Positions 10,701 through 19,575 of a stretch of DNA of 64,000 bases are shown in pieces (position 1 is the stretch's first letter; every line of letters starts with the position of its first letter). This DNA is from an uncultured virus (IMG/VR IMGVR_UViG_3300000115_000011) (lineage: Duplodnaviria; Heunggongvirae; Uroviricota; Caudoviricetes), in the IMG/VR virus record IMGVR_UViG_3300000115_000011. One strand, written 5' to 3'. Under the pieces are notes generated by a model. That model saw only the letters and a program-made list of their open reading frames with translations. It was not told where the DNA came from and did not search any database. The position numbers and the translations under genes were made by a program.

Positions 10701-12523
10701 CCACCATGTGTGCCATTGTTAGTGGTACTGAATCGTAAAGGATGAGATCCATTGCTAGAGCTTGATAAGTCGAATGTATATGTAGATCCGACTTTGAAAT
10801 CTAATGGTCTATTAGATTGGCTAGCAATGACATAGTTACCGCCTGAAGCAGTAACCACAAAAGTTTGTGTGTCAGATCTAGATAATGAACTACTTGCAGT
10901 AACGCTAGCATTTAAGTCATGAATAATACTAGAGGTTGCGGTGAAGTTAGACTGAGCAGAAACAGTGGCATAAGATAATGACGCTGAAGTTGCAACGGCA
11001 GTTAATGCAGCGCTAGCAACTAAAGTGGTCTGTGCAACCGCTCTCTTCTCACCGACTGAGATCGCTAAGCTTGATCCAGTAAAGACACCAGAGGCATCCC
11101 ATACGACATAGGTTGATGAATCGACTTCACTTGATGCGGATACGCCAGCACTTGATTGAAGGATACAGTGTGCAGATGAACTTAGATTAGCTTGTGCCGC
11201 TACAGAACATTGGGCTGAGGCTTGCGCTGAGCTTTCTGATAGAACTGAGCAAGAGCTGATGACACTGGCTGTTGCTGGAGTGACTATAAAGGTAGATGAG
11301 GAAGAATCGGCAGTCGCATTGATAGATGCCTGCACGCCTCGATAAGCATTTGCACTAGAGGACATTGCCGCCGTTGCAAGTAAAGTCGTGTGAGCAACTG
11401 CTTTCTTTTCACCAACTGAAATGGCTAGACTTGAACCAGTAAAGGAACCCGATGCGTTAGCAATAACGTAGCTTGATGCTGTTACATCACTTGATGCTGC
11501 TATATCAGATTCAGCTGAAACTATGCCTGAAGTTGAAGCTATAACTGAGCAAGAGCCTGCGATGTTGGCAGAAGCAGACTTAGACTTATAAGCCGAGGAT
11601 GTAACTACTGCGCTAGCGGTAATGTCCCCAGAAACATTTAATGTATTTGATGCAGTAGCTGAAGATGTAGCAGAAGCGGCAATATCAGCTGTGCCGTAAA
11701 AGACTGTATGTACTGTAGCAGTTGCAGACAATGCTGCGCTTGGGTAGTGAAAAGTTGTAACCCATTGTGGTTGAGTTGTAATTTGCCGTTGCTGTACATA
11801 GTAAGCATATACAGAAGATGAACCACTACCCTGCGCCGTGTGGTAAGGCAATCCCGTTTGGTAGTCGCTTTGATTTGTAATGTACCTGTCAAACCAGCCG
11901 CCGTAACCCCATGCTGCCTGCCAAGTAGAATCACTGACGCTGTAGCGACCAGCAACATCACTATTGTTTGTGGGGAGACCACCAATTAGGTTGTAGACCC
12001 CAGAATTACGCCAGATGACATTATAGGTGTTTACCCAACTGTAAATTGGGGCTGTCCAGTATCCACTTTCCATTGTGGATTGAGCGAAGATGACCTTACC
12101 TGAGTTAGCGGTTAGGTTACACTCTGCTTGTAATGAAGCAGACGCGTAGGCCACCCTCGATCCTACAGCAACATTCGTTGCTTGAGCCGTAACGTACACG
12201 ACTGCTTGCCTGTAAACCACAGCATTAGCATTACTGCTTGCTGCACAAACTATTTCAGCGTTACTAAACTTAACTCTATACCCTTCTACGTTTGCAGCTG
12301 CGTTACAACCTAGTGTGGCAGTAGCCATGGCAAAACGAACAACAGACTGCGTTGTTGTTAATGCGACTGAGTTGATTACAGTAGCAGTAGCATGAGAGTA
12401 TAAAGTTGCTTGAGCAGAAGCAGATGCCCCTGCACTTAATGATGCCGCACCCTCAACTGTTGCCACCCCTGCCGAAGCAGAGATAACACCAATCGCGTGT
12501 GTATTGAGTGCGGAAAAATTCAT
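7796..12523 (-). CDS. Long Ala/Ser-rich repetitive tail/fibre protein with inserted globular domains
   Basis: 1575 aa of low-complexity A/S/T/V repeats (F.GSS.AISVG.K recurs), interrupted by three Tyr/Trp-rich inserts and a cupredoxin-like domain. Confidence 0.7.
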   Translation of the reverse strand: MNFSALNTHAIGVISASAGVATVEGAASLSAGASASAQATLYSHATATVINSVALTTTQSVVRFAMATATLGCNAAANVEGYRVKFSNAEIVCAASSNANAVVYRQAVVYVTAQATNVAVGSRVAYASASLQAECNLTANSGKVIFAQSTMESGYWTAPIYSWVNTYNVIWRNSGVYNLIGGLPTNNSDVAGRYSVSDSTWQAAWGYGGWFDRYITNQSDYQTGLPYHTAQGSGSSSVYAYYVQQRQITTQPQWVTTFHYPSAALSATATVHTVFYGTADIAASATSSATASNTLNVSGDITASAVVTSSAYKSKSASANIAGSCSVIASTSGIVSAESDIAASSDVTASSYVIANASGSFTGSSLAISVGEKKAVAHTTLLATAAMSSSANAYRGVQASINATADSSSSTFIVTPATASVISSCSVLSESSAQASAQCSVAAQANLSSSAHCILQSSAGVSASSEVDSSTYVVWDASGVFTGSSLAISVGEKRAVAQTTLVASAALTAVATSASLSYATVSAQSNFTATSSIIHDLNASVTASSSLSRSDTQTFVVTASGGNYVIASQSNRPLDFKVGSTYTFDLSSSSNGSHPLRFSTTNNGTHGGGSEYTTGVTITGYQGQAGSSISIVVTEDTPSTLYYYCAYHSGMGGTVSVSSADDVSASINSFASAALNGSALIAASSNSVVEALVTITSVSELTAAAHAVVGVGAAFDSSSNVTSEAIAISGAQASVAGSSSLSSVSYNVSSASATFIGSSIAISVGHKKSVAHTTINANAAVSSAANSEVYNTASIAASSVVTSIAANDSYAQASCVAQSSVSSSAFNTANPYAAIIAHANISATTATIHFATANIDGSCVIATAPSLIIDVSAALSAFAVSISVGNKISVGHAQYTGSANLTAVAQASSNGQATVTCSASVSSSAIAARIISAEAHVSDSSYVIPGYTTWYDSWANSGGTYYAANSNNYFLFQAVPGLYPPTYQVYSASPSLAPISQANTGYQYRIGSMLSSGSYTTYYINGVYYQGYWKHIEVNTPYSVYTPPLTVYTGYTPNAQVVVSDVSVLSGSFAYPTGSAEVTATGTRVCIGIVDLTSAASATSTAFKVRYIDASGVHFDATADLSLSVTVDILGSAQVLADAEATAESFNTVFASGAFSGSSLAISVGNKKAVGQTDIVANASVSVASSTYVIFDASASINPSVTMSAVGDLVIITAGQSTATATASIDASGYLSESAASASVNAGASAFADGDTLISAEAHVSDSSYVVAGYTIPAYDTSVDTAAAAYWVNNANSQIQISFVWLPIDPYYANTTYNGTNIPTTILNTLNNAAPAGTTYYTQLSHAQTRSGVSGYSGSIKQRVTTTHPAVWVEPVTVYTGYAPTANVAAEAFIQFSFSLTASSELSATAGAIQTASAQISASADTTAASHIESAATCTLNGTASISPVNTNFLVFTSAALSASSDVVSLADKEIYGKADVVGTADIAVSGTGINAAFGYSNAAASVVATAFRMRVPSPINAIATAELVSSFTYVSQTGERSNGILILVEAEVRSIAVEAIDRRIIVDAEDRTIFAEAA

Positions 12524-12913
12524 TTAGTCTAGTGTTACCGTAACACCACTGACGGCAAACGACAGTACATCGTCAGCAGTTAGTGTCTTGGACGTTGCCA
12601 AGTTGGTGTGGTAAAGCATGTTGCCACTGGTTGCCGCATCGAAAATGCCGATGTGACTAATGGTGACGTTAGACCCGACCAATGCAGGAAACTGAAGCTG
12701 GGTTGAGCTGTTAACGGCTCCACCAGAAATAGTGCCAAATGACATTGCTTGACGGGCATAGTTAGTCCATGAACCTTCAGCGCCACCAGAAGCCGCGTCA
12801 GTAGGATCACCGATGAATACAGCTAAATAGGCTGTAGTAATAGTAGGAAATGTACCACCCTTCAAGGTGGAATTGAGAATTTGAGTCTCAAGATAATCAG
12901 AAAACTTAGACAT
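12524..12913 (-). CDS. Virion structural protein (tail-fibre-associated family)
   Basis: MSKFSDYLE..ILN...YLA.F..DP.D...Y.RQ...FP...I.H.GIFDA.T.GN.L motif; GGAG RBS supports the ATG at 12913. Confidence 0.7.
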   Translation of the reverse strand: MSKFSDYLETQILNSTLKGGTFPTITTAYLAVFIGDPTDAASGGAEGSWTNYARQAMSFGTISGGAVNSSTQLQFPALVGSNVTISHIGIFDAATSGNMLYHTNLATSKTLTADDVLSFAVSGVTVTLD

Positions 12914-12972
12914 TGCTAACTCCAAATAAGATTTTAAGTTGCACTATTTAGTGCAGGATTGGGCCAGCGCCC

Positions 12973-13617
12973 CTACGCTCCAAATCGAACTGACTTAACG
13001 CGGAGATTTGTACTGTCGTAACCTTGCATCTGAGCAACCTTTGCCCTAGCAAGTTCACGATCAAATAGTTGCCTGTAATAGGCCGCACGATTGGGGTCGT
13101 ACCATTCGGTATTCGCCATCATGCAAAGAAAATGCTTGGCTCCAGTCTCAATAGCAGTGCGCCATCGAACACCTAGCTCGTAAGGAATCGTAGTTGCATT
13201 TTGCTTAGGCTTTAAAGCAAGTCGGCACTCCAATTCTTCATCAGCCAAGGGGATGGGTGACAGTCTCGTAGTTAATATGCCGTCTGTGGAGTAGTAAGTA
13301 GGAACACCCCATCGAGTCTCATCCTCTGGATCACCCTGCTGCTGATAAATCTTTCTCACTTGAACTGGAATTAACTCAGCACCCTTTCGAGATATGGATA
13401 TTAACTGCACAAGTTCTGCGTTTCTTGGAATGGGAAGATCATGTTCTACTTCACCAGCATATAAATCCAAGGTATCTTCCGTGTGCTCCCAAATGAGGGT
13501 TCGCTCACACAACTCAGAAGTTGCCCTACGAAGTGAATGGATAATAGTGAATGAAGGTGCGCCTTGAATCTCGACAACAACGTCAGGTACAAGGTCTTCT
13601 AACTTTATATCAGCCAT
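12973..13617 (-). CDS. Putative head-tail adaptor / tail tubular protein
   Basis: Position downstream of the capsid gene; size and GVPTYYS...RLSPIP motif resemble podoviral adaptors. Confidence 0.55.
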   Translation of the reverse strand: MADIKLEDLVPDVVVEIQGAPSFTIIHSLRRATSELCERTLIWEHTEDTLDLYAGEVEHDLPIPRNAELVQLISISRKGAELIPVQVRKIYQQQGDPEDETRWGVPTYYSTDGILTTRLSPIPLADEELECRLALKPKQNATTIPYELGVRWRTAIETGAKHFLCMMANTEWYDPNRAAYYRQLFDRELARAKVAQMQGYDSTNLRVKSVRFGA

Positions 13618-13625
13618 GGGTATTC

Positions 13626-14336
13626 CTAAGAGTTAACTGCATCTGCGCCTTGAACTGCTCTCATCTGCGCACTAGAAGCATCGATCTTGGATTTAACACC
13701 CAGTGAAGAAGCGAAGCCCATCATATGAACTTGAGCACGAGTCGCATTGCCTGCAAACTCAGCGTCTTTGTTATAGGCTCGATACAGAATGAAATCCAAA
13801 AGAGCATTGGCGTATATATCATCTATACCTATCATCGTAGTTGCGGCTGCTGCATTTAATGTTTCGTCTGCATTTACAATCGAAATCTCGGCAGGCAATG
13901 TCGAATAGATAATTTCTAACCTTGCTAAAGAATTAGGTCGGGGGTACAAATAAAATGTCTTTGGATCACGTTCGTCATAGACAAAATGATCGATGTTCGT
14001 TGAAGGCGTGGCGTTATGCCATGCAGGAACTTGGTCATCAAGAACAGATCGTTGAATTAATCGAGCAGCTTTAAACGTGGAAGTTGTTGCTGTGTTGCGA
14101 GTAACTTCCATCAACCTCAACCCGTTAACCGGAAGGGTCTGCTTAGAAGATTCTGCGACAGGAGTAAACTCTTCGTTAATAGTATTGGCATCAGGCCGAT
14201 ACAATATGACTTCTTTATGAGCATCGTTTAACCAATACTGAAGTTCAGAGTTTGGCCACCGCGTGCCAGACGAGCTTGTGTCCTGCAACACAATCTTAGC
14301 TCGATTGATAATATCTTTGGCTAACGTGACGGCCAT
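13626..14336 (-). CDS. Putative head-tail adaptor (DUF6682-like)
   Basis: I..RA...LQD....RW...EL..WLND...RPD and ALLDFILYRAY.KD.E motifs. Confidence 0.65.
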   Translation of the reverse strand: MAVTLAKDIINRAKIVLQDTSSSGTRWPNSELQYWLNDAHKEVILYRPDANTINEEFTPVAESSKQTLPVNGLRLMEVTRNTATTSTFKAARLIQRSVLDDQVPAWHNATPSTNIDHFVYDERDPKTFYLYPRPNSLARLEIIYSTLPAEISIVNADETLNAAAATTMIGIDDIYANALLDFILYRAYNKDAEFAGNATRAQVHMMGFASSLGVKSKIDASSAQMRAVQGADAVNS

Positions 14337-14345
14337 GGATTACTC

Positions 14346-14705
14346 CTAGATTAATTTACCGCTTGAATCACATGGTACCCATTCAGGATTTAACTCAGAC
14401 CATGGAACGATGGGGTAAGGAAAACCATCAGCAGGATTTCTTACAAACTGAAGACTGGATTTTTTCTTTGGCTGCTTGGTTTCTTTTTTCTCAACCACTG
14501 GCTCATTCAGACCTAAAGAGTCCTTGACCATTTTCGTAGCATCGGCTCTTAGTTGGCTGGCCTTGATACGTTTATCCATATCGATACTGAAATGCTGCTT
14601 AACGTAGCCTTCAAGATCATCTTTCGACATGGTTTCAATAAGTTTTAAATCTGCTTCAGATACCGCAGACTCGATTTTTAGAGCTTCACCTTCTGACATA
14701 ATCAT
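14346..14705 (-). CDS. Hypothetical virion-module protein
   Basis: ORF with GAGG RBS directly after the capsid terminator. Confidence 0.55.
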   Translation of the reverse strand: MIMSEGEALKIESAVSEADLKLIETMSKDDLEGYVKQHFSIDMDKRIKASQLRADATKMVKDSLGLNEPVVEKKETKQPKKKSSLQFVRNPADGFPYPIVPWSELNPEWVPCDSSGKLI

Positions 14706-14710
14706 TCCTC

Positions 14711-14748
14711 AAAAAAAACCCTCACCCCGAACGAATCGAGATAAGGGT
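14711..14748 (-). terminator. Intrinsic terminator after major capsid gene
   Basis: Minus strand ACCCTTATCTCGA-TTCGT-TCGGGGTGAGGGT followed by a T-run. Confidence 0.8.
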
Positions 14749-14754
14749 ATTTAT

Positions 14755-15672
14755 TTAAGCGTCCTTCTTAGCGTTTAACAAAACACCAGAAGTAGGCTGT
14801 ACGACTTTGTAGCCGTATACTTTCAAACCACGGATGGCATCACCGAAACGGCTTTCCAAACGTAGGGTTTCAGTCTTAACAAACTGGCTAGCAAACGTAG
14901 CGAACTGGGTAGTACCACCCATGATCTTGTACTGAGCATCAGCATCAGCTGCTGCCGCAACAGCACCATCGTCACCACGAATAGGCAAGTTGTTAGACTG
15001 GTAGATAGTAAAGCGATCAATGATGCCTAACTTACCATTACGCGCAATCGAGGTAGAATCACCTGATTGGTTAGCGTTTTGGAGGTCTGACTTCTTGATC
15101 ATTGAACAGATCCAAGGTGGTAGAACCAACCAACGACCAGCTTCAGGCTGATCAGCTTCGTCCAACTTGTTACCCATATCAATGATATGATCGATAACGT
15201 TAGCCTTAGTGATCTGCTGAGCAAGAGTATGAGTAGCTCCGCCAATGATATTGCCAGCAGCAACGCCACTGTAAATACCACCCAACACATCGCTATCAAC
15301 AGCAATCTTCATACGCTCACCAGCATCACGAGTTGCCTCGTTCACTAGCTGAATATCAGATTGAGCCATCAATACATCGTCAACCTTGAAAGCAAACATC
15401 TTAGCTTTGTCGATTAACAACTCTAGCTCGGTATCGTTAAGATCCGCATAGCTAGTGATTGGTGTTGCGTGAGCTGGATCGTAATCCGAGATGCCCACAG
15501 TTGGTGTGTGGCGAACATGAACCTTGCTACCGTGGCCAGAAATATCGCCTTGGTAATCAGTGTTACAAATTGCGTCCAACACAGTAGACTTGTAGAAGTT
15601 TGCTAGTAATTTCTTACTCCATACTTCAGGTATAAACCGGCCACCTGAGCCGTCTGCAAATGGAAGTGCCAT
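14755..15672 (-). CDS. Major capsid protein (HK97 fold, P22-coat-like)
   Basis: FIPEVWS..LL..F...V...I.N.DY.G.I...G..V motif, GRWLVLPP, F.DAIRGL.VYG.KV; follows scaffold. Confidence 0.9.
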   Translation of the reverse strand: MALPFADGSGGRFIPEVWSKKLLANFYKSTVLDAICNTDYQGDISGHGSKVHVRHTPTVGISDYDPAHATPITSYADLNDTELELLIDKAKMFAFKVDDVLMAQSDIQLVNEATRDAGERMKIAVDSDVLGGIYSGVAAGNIIGGATHTLAQQITKANVIDHIIDMGNKLDEADQPEAGRWLVLPPWICSMIKKSDLQNANQSGDSTSIARNGKLGIIDRFTIYQSNNLPIRGDDGAVAAAADADAQYKIMGGTTQFATFASQFVKTETLRLESRFGDAIRGLKVYGYKVVQPTSGVLLNAKKDA

Positions 15673-15734
15673 TGCCCTTCTCCTTATTTAGAAAATAAAT
15701 TTTCGAGTCAGGAAAGGGAATCAATCCTAACTCG

Positions 15735-16742
15735 TCATAACTGACCGGATAACATGGCCTGATCAATTTGATCGGCATGCTTTTCGTACTCAGCAAGACT
15801 CATGTTTTTAATTTGGTCACGAGTAAACTGAGTAGTCTTTTGGCCAGCATTGTTGGAACGAACAGATGAAACAGCCGGATCAGCCGCCTTCTTTGCATCG
15901 TCCAAAAGCTGCTTTTGCTTGTCCGCTTTAGCGTTCACGGGACTAGCACCTACAGCCTCTTTGTACGAGGAGAGCATCCAAATAACCGATTCAGGGTTGC
16001 CTGTGATGAGGATGTCTTGAATCTCTTTAGGTTGGCGAGAACTCCAGCCCTGAAAGTCAGGTGTATCAACGATGTCGTAGGCGTCTGCATGACCTTCAAT
16101 GATGGCTTCTCGATGAGCTACTTGTGCCGTTTTACTGGCCGAGGCTTGTCGGGATTTCTCCATTTCGGATAGCTGCCCACTCATCTTGTTGATGAGCTGC
16201 TGTTGATTGCGAATGTTACTTACGAGTGGATTGAAGTCTTCACCATATTCATTAACGAACGATGAAAGGTCATCAGCCTCAGCCGCTTCCGGCCTTGGTG
16301 GTGGGGCTTCACTAGGAATCAGTGGTGGGACTTTAGCCACCGTTCTTGAGTTCTCTAGCTGAGCCTGAAGGGCTTCGTTCTGCTTGCGAAGTTCCGAGGC
16401 TTCCATAGACGCCTGCGTCATCTTCTTGCGTGCATTCTCATAAGAGGCTTGCGCATTCTGAATACGCTGTTGCGCATTCTTAATACTCACTCCATCAGTC
16501 TCGAAGTTTTCTGAATTGTCCTCTTCAGATTCTGTTGCAGCTGCCGCTACCTCTTCATCTGCGTTGGGTTCATCCGCCTTGGATTCTTCTGGTTCAACCA
16601 CTTGGGTTTCAATTTCATCAGCGTTGGCTTGCGCCTCTGCTTCTTGAGCTGCTTCAACCTTGTCCGTTTCGGGGGTTGCTGTAGCCTGCTTTAACGCCTC
16701 ATCGGCTTCCGCTTCTAAACGGTCTATTTGCTCTGGTGTCAC
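15735..16742 (-). CDS. Capsid scaffolding protein
   Basis: Acidic coiled-coil protein between portal and capsid, ending FTR.QI..MS..EY.K....ID.A...G. GTG at 16742 has GGAG 7 nt upstream (track starts at TTG 16757). Confidence 0.8.
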   Translation of the reverse strand: MTPEQIDRLEAEADEALKQATATPETDKVEAAQEAEAQANADEIETQVVEPEESKADEPNADEEVAAAATESEEDNSENFETDGVSIKNAQQRIQNAQASYENARKKMTQASMEASELRKQNEALQAQLENSRTVAKVPPLIPSEAPPPRPEAAEADDLSSFVNEYGEDFNPLVSNIRNQQQLINKMSGQLSEMEKSRQASASKTAQVAHREAIIEGHADAYDIVDTPDFQGWSSRQPKEIQDILITGNPESVIWMLSSYKEAVGASPVNAKADKQKQLLDDAKKAADPAVSSVRSNNAGQKTTQFTRDQIKNMSLAEYEKHADQIDQAMLSGQL

Positions 16743-16875
16743 TTGCTCTCTCCGCAATGATGGGTATCAGGCCGATCCGCGCCTTGTCCTGTTCGGGGGG
16801 CACTTCTTCGGGAATTCCTTCACCCGCTCCAATTCAGCTGGGGCAAAATTGCTTATCCAGCCAGAAAAAATAAAG

Positions 16876-17115
16876 CTATTTGTTGAGGAGTGTCTGCGCG
16901 GTTTCTTCAATCCGCAGCAGCTTACGAAGCACCGCACATTCCCCTTGTAGCGTGCGATAAGCACCAAGGTCGTGAGGGTTCGTCTCCATGTCTTCCTTCG
17001 CAATGTCATACATGCGTTGGAGGTATTCTTTGTAGCGCTTCCAGTGATCTGGACTGCTATATGTGAGGTACATGACAGCTTCAACTTCTGAACGCTGTAA
17101 TTGTTTTTGATTCAT
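16876..17115 (-). CDS. Small conserved head-module protein (portal-downstream type)
   Basis: W.....YL...YR.LQG....LR.LL pattern; position between portal and scaffold. Confidence 0.55.
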   Translation of the reverse strand: MNQKQLQRSEVEAVMYLTYSSPDHWKRYKEYLQRMYDIAKEDMETNPHDLGAYRTLQGECAVLRKLLRIEETAQTLLNK

Positions 17116-17441
17116 TCGGTCAACCCATATTGCTTAACCACAAGACGAACGTAATCCCCATCCAGTTGGATGGCATCTAGGAACAGGTCGTCTGGAGATA
17201 GTAGATAGCACCATGCACTCACCCTAACCGTGGGTTTAATGTGGGCTAAATCGGCTACGGCCTGCTTAATAACAGCAAACGCTAGTCGATTTTCTGGGAA
17301 ATTTAGATTTAATCCTTTACGGATGTGCTTGACTGCAAGCTCTGCCCTAACTAATTTAGATAGGGTATAAAATTTACTGGCGTCACCACCGATACTGAGA
17401 TACCAAAGGTCAGGTTGGTATCGTTCAGTATGGTATTCCAT
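17112..17441 (-). CDS. Hypothetical protein
   Basis: Likely start MEYHTER at 17441 just after the portal stop; PE.RL..AVI.QAV.D motif seen in phage proteins. Confidence 0.5.
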   Translation of the reverse strand: MEYHTERYQPDLWYLSIGGDASKFYTLSKLVRAELAVKHIRKGLNLNFPENRLAFAVIKQAVADLAHIKPTVRVSAWCYLLSPDDLFLDAIQLDGDYVRLVVKQYGLTE

Positions 17442-17445
17442 ACAT

Positions 17446-19575
17446 TTACTGACTAAATCCGTCTGGTGTCCTGCCTTGCTGCACGGATTGAGCAGTTTGC
17501 ATAGCGTATGCCCTGTCTCGAGCTGCCTCAGCCTCTCGTTCTGCGGGTAATGTCTCTGCATCAACCATGTTAAGCATGGCCTGAGCCTGCTCTTTCTTAG
17601 CCTGAGCCTCTAACTTGGCTGTCTCAGCTGCTTGATTAGCCATATCTAACTGCATATGCTGCTCTTGCATCGCCTTCTGAGCTTCTTGCTGCTCAGCTTG
17701 AGCCTGCATAGTTTCATCATCATCTAATGGCATGAACTTATCTGGGTCTAGATCTAACGACTTAGCCACTTCACTAAGCACAGCGCGTCTATCTGTTAAC
17801 GGCAGATCAACTTCGTTAGTTGTCATCTGCGCAAATTGTATTAGACGCTGTGACTGTATTTCTTTAGCCAATAATGAGGTCGATCCACGGGCCACAATCT
17901 TCATGTCACCCTTAATATTTTCTTTTATGTTCCAGCGCATGTTCCAATCGTACAAACTGGAAATTAAAGGACTCGTTAAATAATCATCAATGTTCTTAAT
18001 AATTGATTTAACCGCTATAGAGGCTGCACCCATTAACATGGACATACCTGAAGCTGTCTTTGTCATGCCCGGAGTGTGTCCACCATGACTATAAGAAGGC
18101 ATCGATGTTTCTTCGTCAGCAAATCGCCTAAACAACTCGATCACTGTGGTCAGATGGGCTGAAACATTTTGAGGCTGGTAGAAACGCAACATGGGTGTCG
18201 CTGAATCCCCACCTTCTCGTAACCAGATCTTCCACGGATGGATGTCGGTTACATCTGCTCCTGCTGGAAGCATGTTCGTATTCACCTCAACTTGAGGGCC
18301 AGAAGAGATTGCTTGGTTATCAATGAAGATTCTTACTGCTGCATTGATAGTATCTTGGGAGTCCCGCATCATTTTCGGTACGCCTGTGCCCCATAACTGG
18401 TGAGGAGTGCGCTCGTATGGGAACAACTGGAATGGAAGACCACCACCTTGATGTGGATTCAAACGAGCACGGATCACTTTAGATCCACAGACCCATACGT
18501 TAGCTTCGTATTCTTGAGTCTCATCTTCAACTTCTAGTCCAGCCTCAACAAGATCTGCCCCATCAACTAAACCCCACCATTCAATGACTTCAAATCGATT
18601 CGATGTTGTCTTCATTAACTGACCAGAAATATGACGGCGAGATTGTTCATGAGTCATCTCGACATGATTTCCATCTGGACTATCGGAAATAGTTTCTTCA
18701 ATATTATCTATGCTAAAACCAGTCATCCGCTTTAATTCGCGGAATTGATACTTGGTCATTACATGCCGGTGGAAGACTCCAGATAAATCGTTTAAATCAA
18801 CGGCGTATGGATCAGGGTAAACATCGAAAATTGATACATATTCGACATTCGGTTTTGCGATTTCTTCCGAAGACATCATCCAACCATCAGGCGTTTCTGC
18901 CCAACGTTGTTTGGTTTCCACTTTGACTGTGGCACCCTTCACACAACCCGTTCCAAGCATGCAAGATTCCATAATGGCTTTCTTGTACACGCCTTCGTAA
19001 TTTAATTCTTCCAGCTGATCCTTCATCTCAATGGTCATGAGTTCAGCACGCTTCTTTGCAATCTTTCGAGCTTCTGAAGCAGCCTCTTCCATGACTTCTT
19101 CTACACGCTGCTTGGCCAACTCCATTGGATCAATCTGTAGCTCTCCACCTTCAGCCTGTAACTGCTGCATGATGGCTTCTACTTCAGACATAGCCCTTTG
19201 GTGTAGCTCAACGATAGACGGTTCATCCATCATCTCAGGGACACTGGTAGGCTCTATGCTCCAAGGCATATCTCCAGCGGGAAATAAAAGATCAATGATG
19301 CGACTGTATGCCGCCATGGTCTTCTCTCGCGTGAGACGTACATAAATTTGTGAACGGTTAGGATCAGCAGACAATCGAGCTTGAGTCGTCTCATCGTATT
19401 GCGCATTAAAGGCACGCAGGTCTTTAACCCAGTCCTCCTCAATGTCTTTACGAGCATCGCTCCACTCTACAAAGCGGTTGCGCAGCGTTCCGCCTAACGA
19501 CTCAGCAGCCTGTTCATTGGCAGCTTGCTCGTCAGTTTGCGAATCTTCTTCACCTTCTTTGTAATCAATGATCAT
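17446..19575 (-). CDS. Portal protein (P22/podoviral type)
   Basis: 709 aa after TerL; motifs F.VYPDP, WG.GVP..M.D.Q..IN, KTASGMSMLMGAA and a long Gln-rich C-terminal helix. Confidence 0.9.
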   Translation of the reverse strand: MIIDYKEGEEDSQTDEQAANEQAAESLGGTLRNRFVEWSDARKDIEEDWVKDLRAFNAQYDETTQARLSADPNRSQIYVRLTREKTMAAYSRIIDLLFPAGDMPWSIEPTSVPEMMDEPSIVELHQRAMSEVEAIMQQLQAEGGELQIDPMELAKQRVEEVMEEAASEARKIAKKRAELMTIEMKDQLEELNYEGVYKKAIMESCMLGTGCVKGATVKVETKQRWAETPDGWMMSSEEIAKPNVEYVSIFDVYPDPYAVDLNDLSGVFHRHVMTKYQFRELKRMTGFSIDNIEETISDSPDGNHVEMTHEQSRRHISGQLMKTTSNRFEVIEWWGLVDGADLVEAGLEVEDETQEYEANVWVCGSKVIRARLNPHQGGGLPFQLFPYERTPHQLWGTGVPKMMRDSQDTINAAVRIFIDNQAISSGPQVEVNTNMLPAGADVTDIHPWKIWLREGGDSATPMLRFYQPQNVSAHLTTVIELFRRFADEETSMPSYSHGGHTPGMTKTASGMSMLMGAASIAVKSIIKNIDDYLTSPLISSLYDWNMRWNIKENIKGDMKIVARGSTSLLAKEIQSQRLIQFAQMTTNEVDLPLTDRRAVLSEVAKSLDLDPDKFMPLDDDETMQAQAEQQEAQKAMQEQHMQLDMANQAAETAKLEAQAKKEQAQAMLNMVDAETLPAEREAEAARDRAYAMQTAQSVQQGRTPDGFSQ

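Noticed and set aside
7796..12523. Diversity-generating retroelement or shufflon acting on tail genes
   Set aside because: No reverse transcriptase or invertase, no adenine-specific template/variable repeat pair, and the flanks are direct rather than inverted.
15875..15887. Further palindrome copies (CCGGATCAGCCGC here; similar partial matches near 36374 and 42612)
   Set aside because: Two or more mismatches break the symmetry; explainable by coding sequence.
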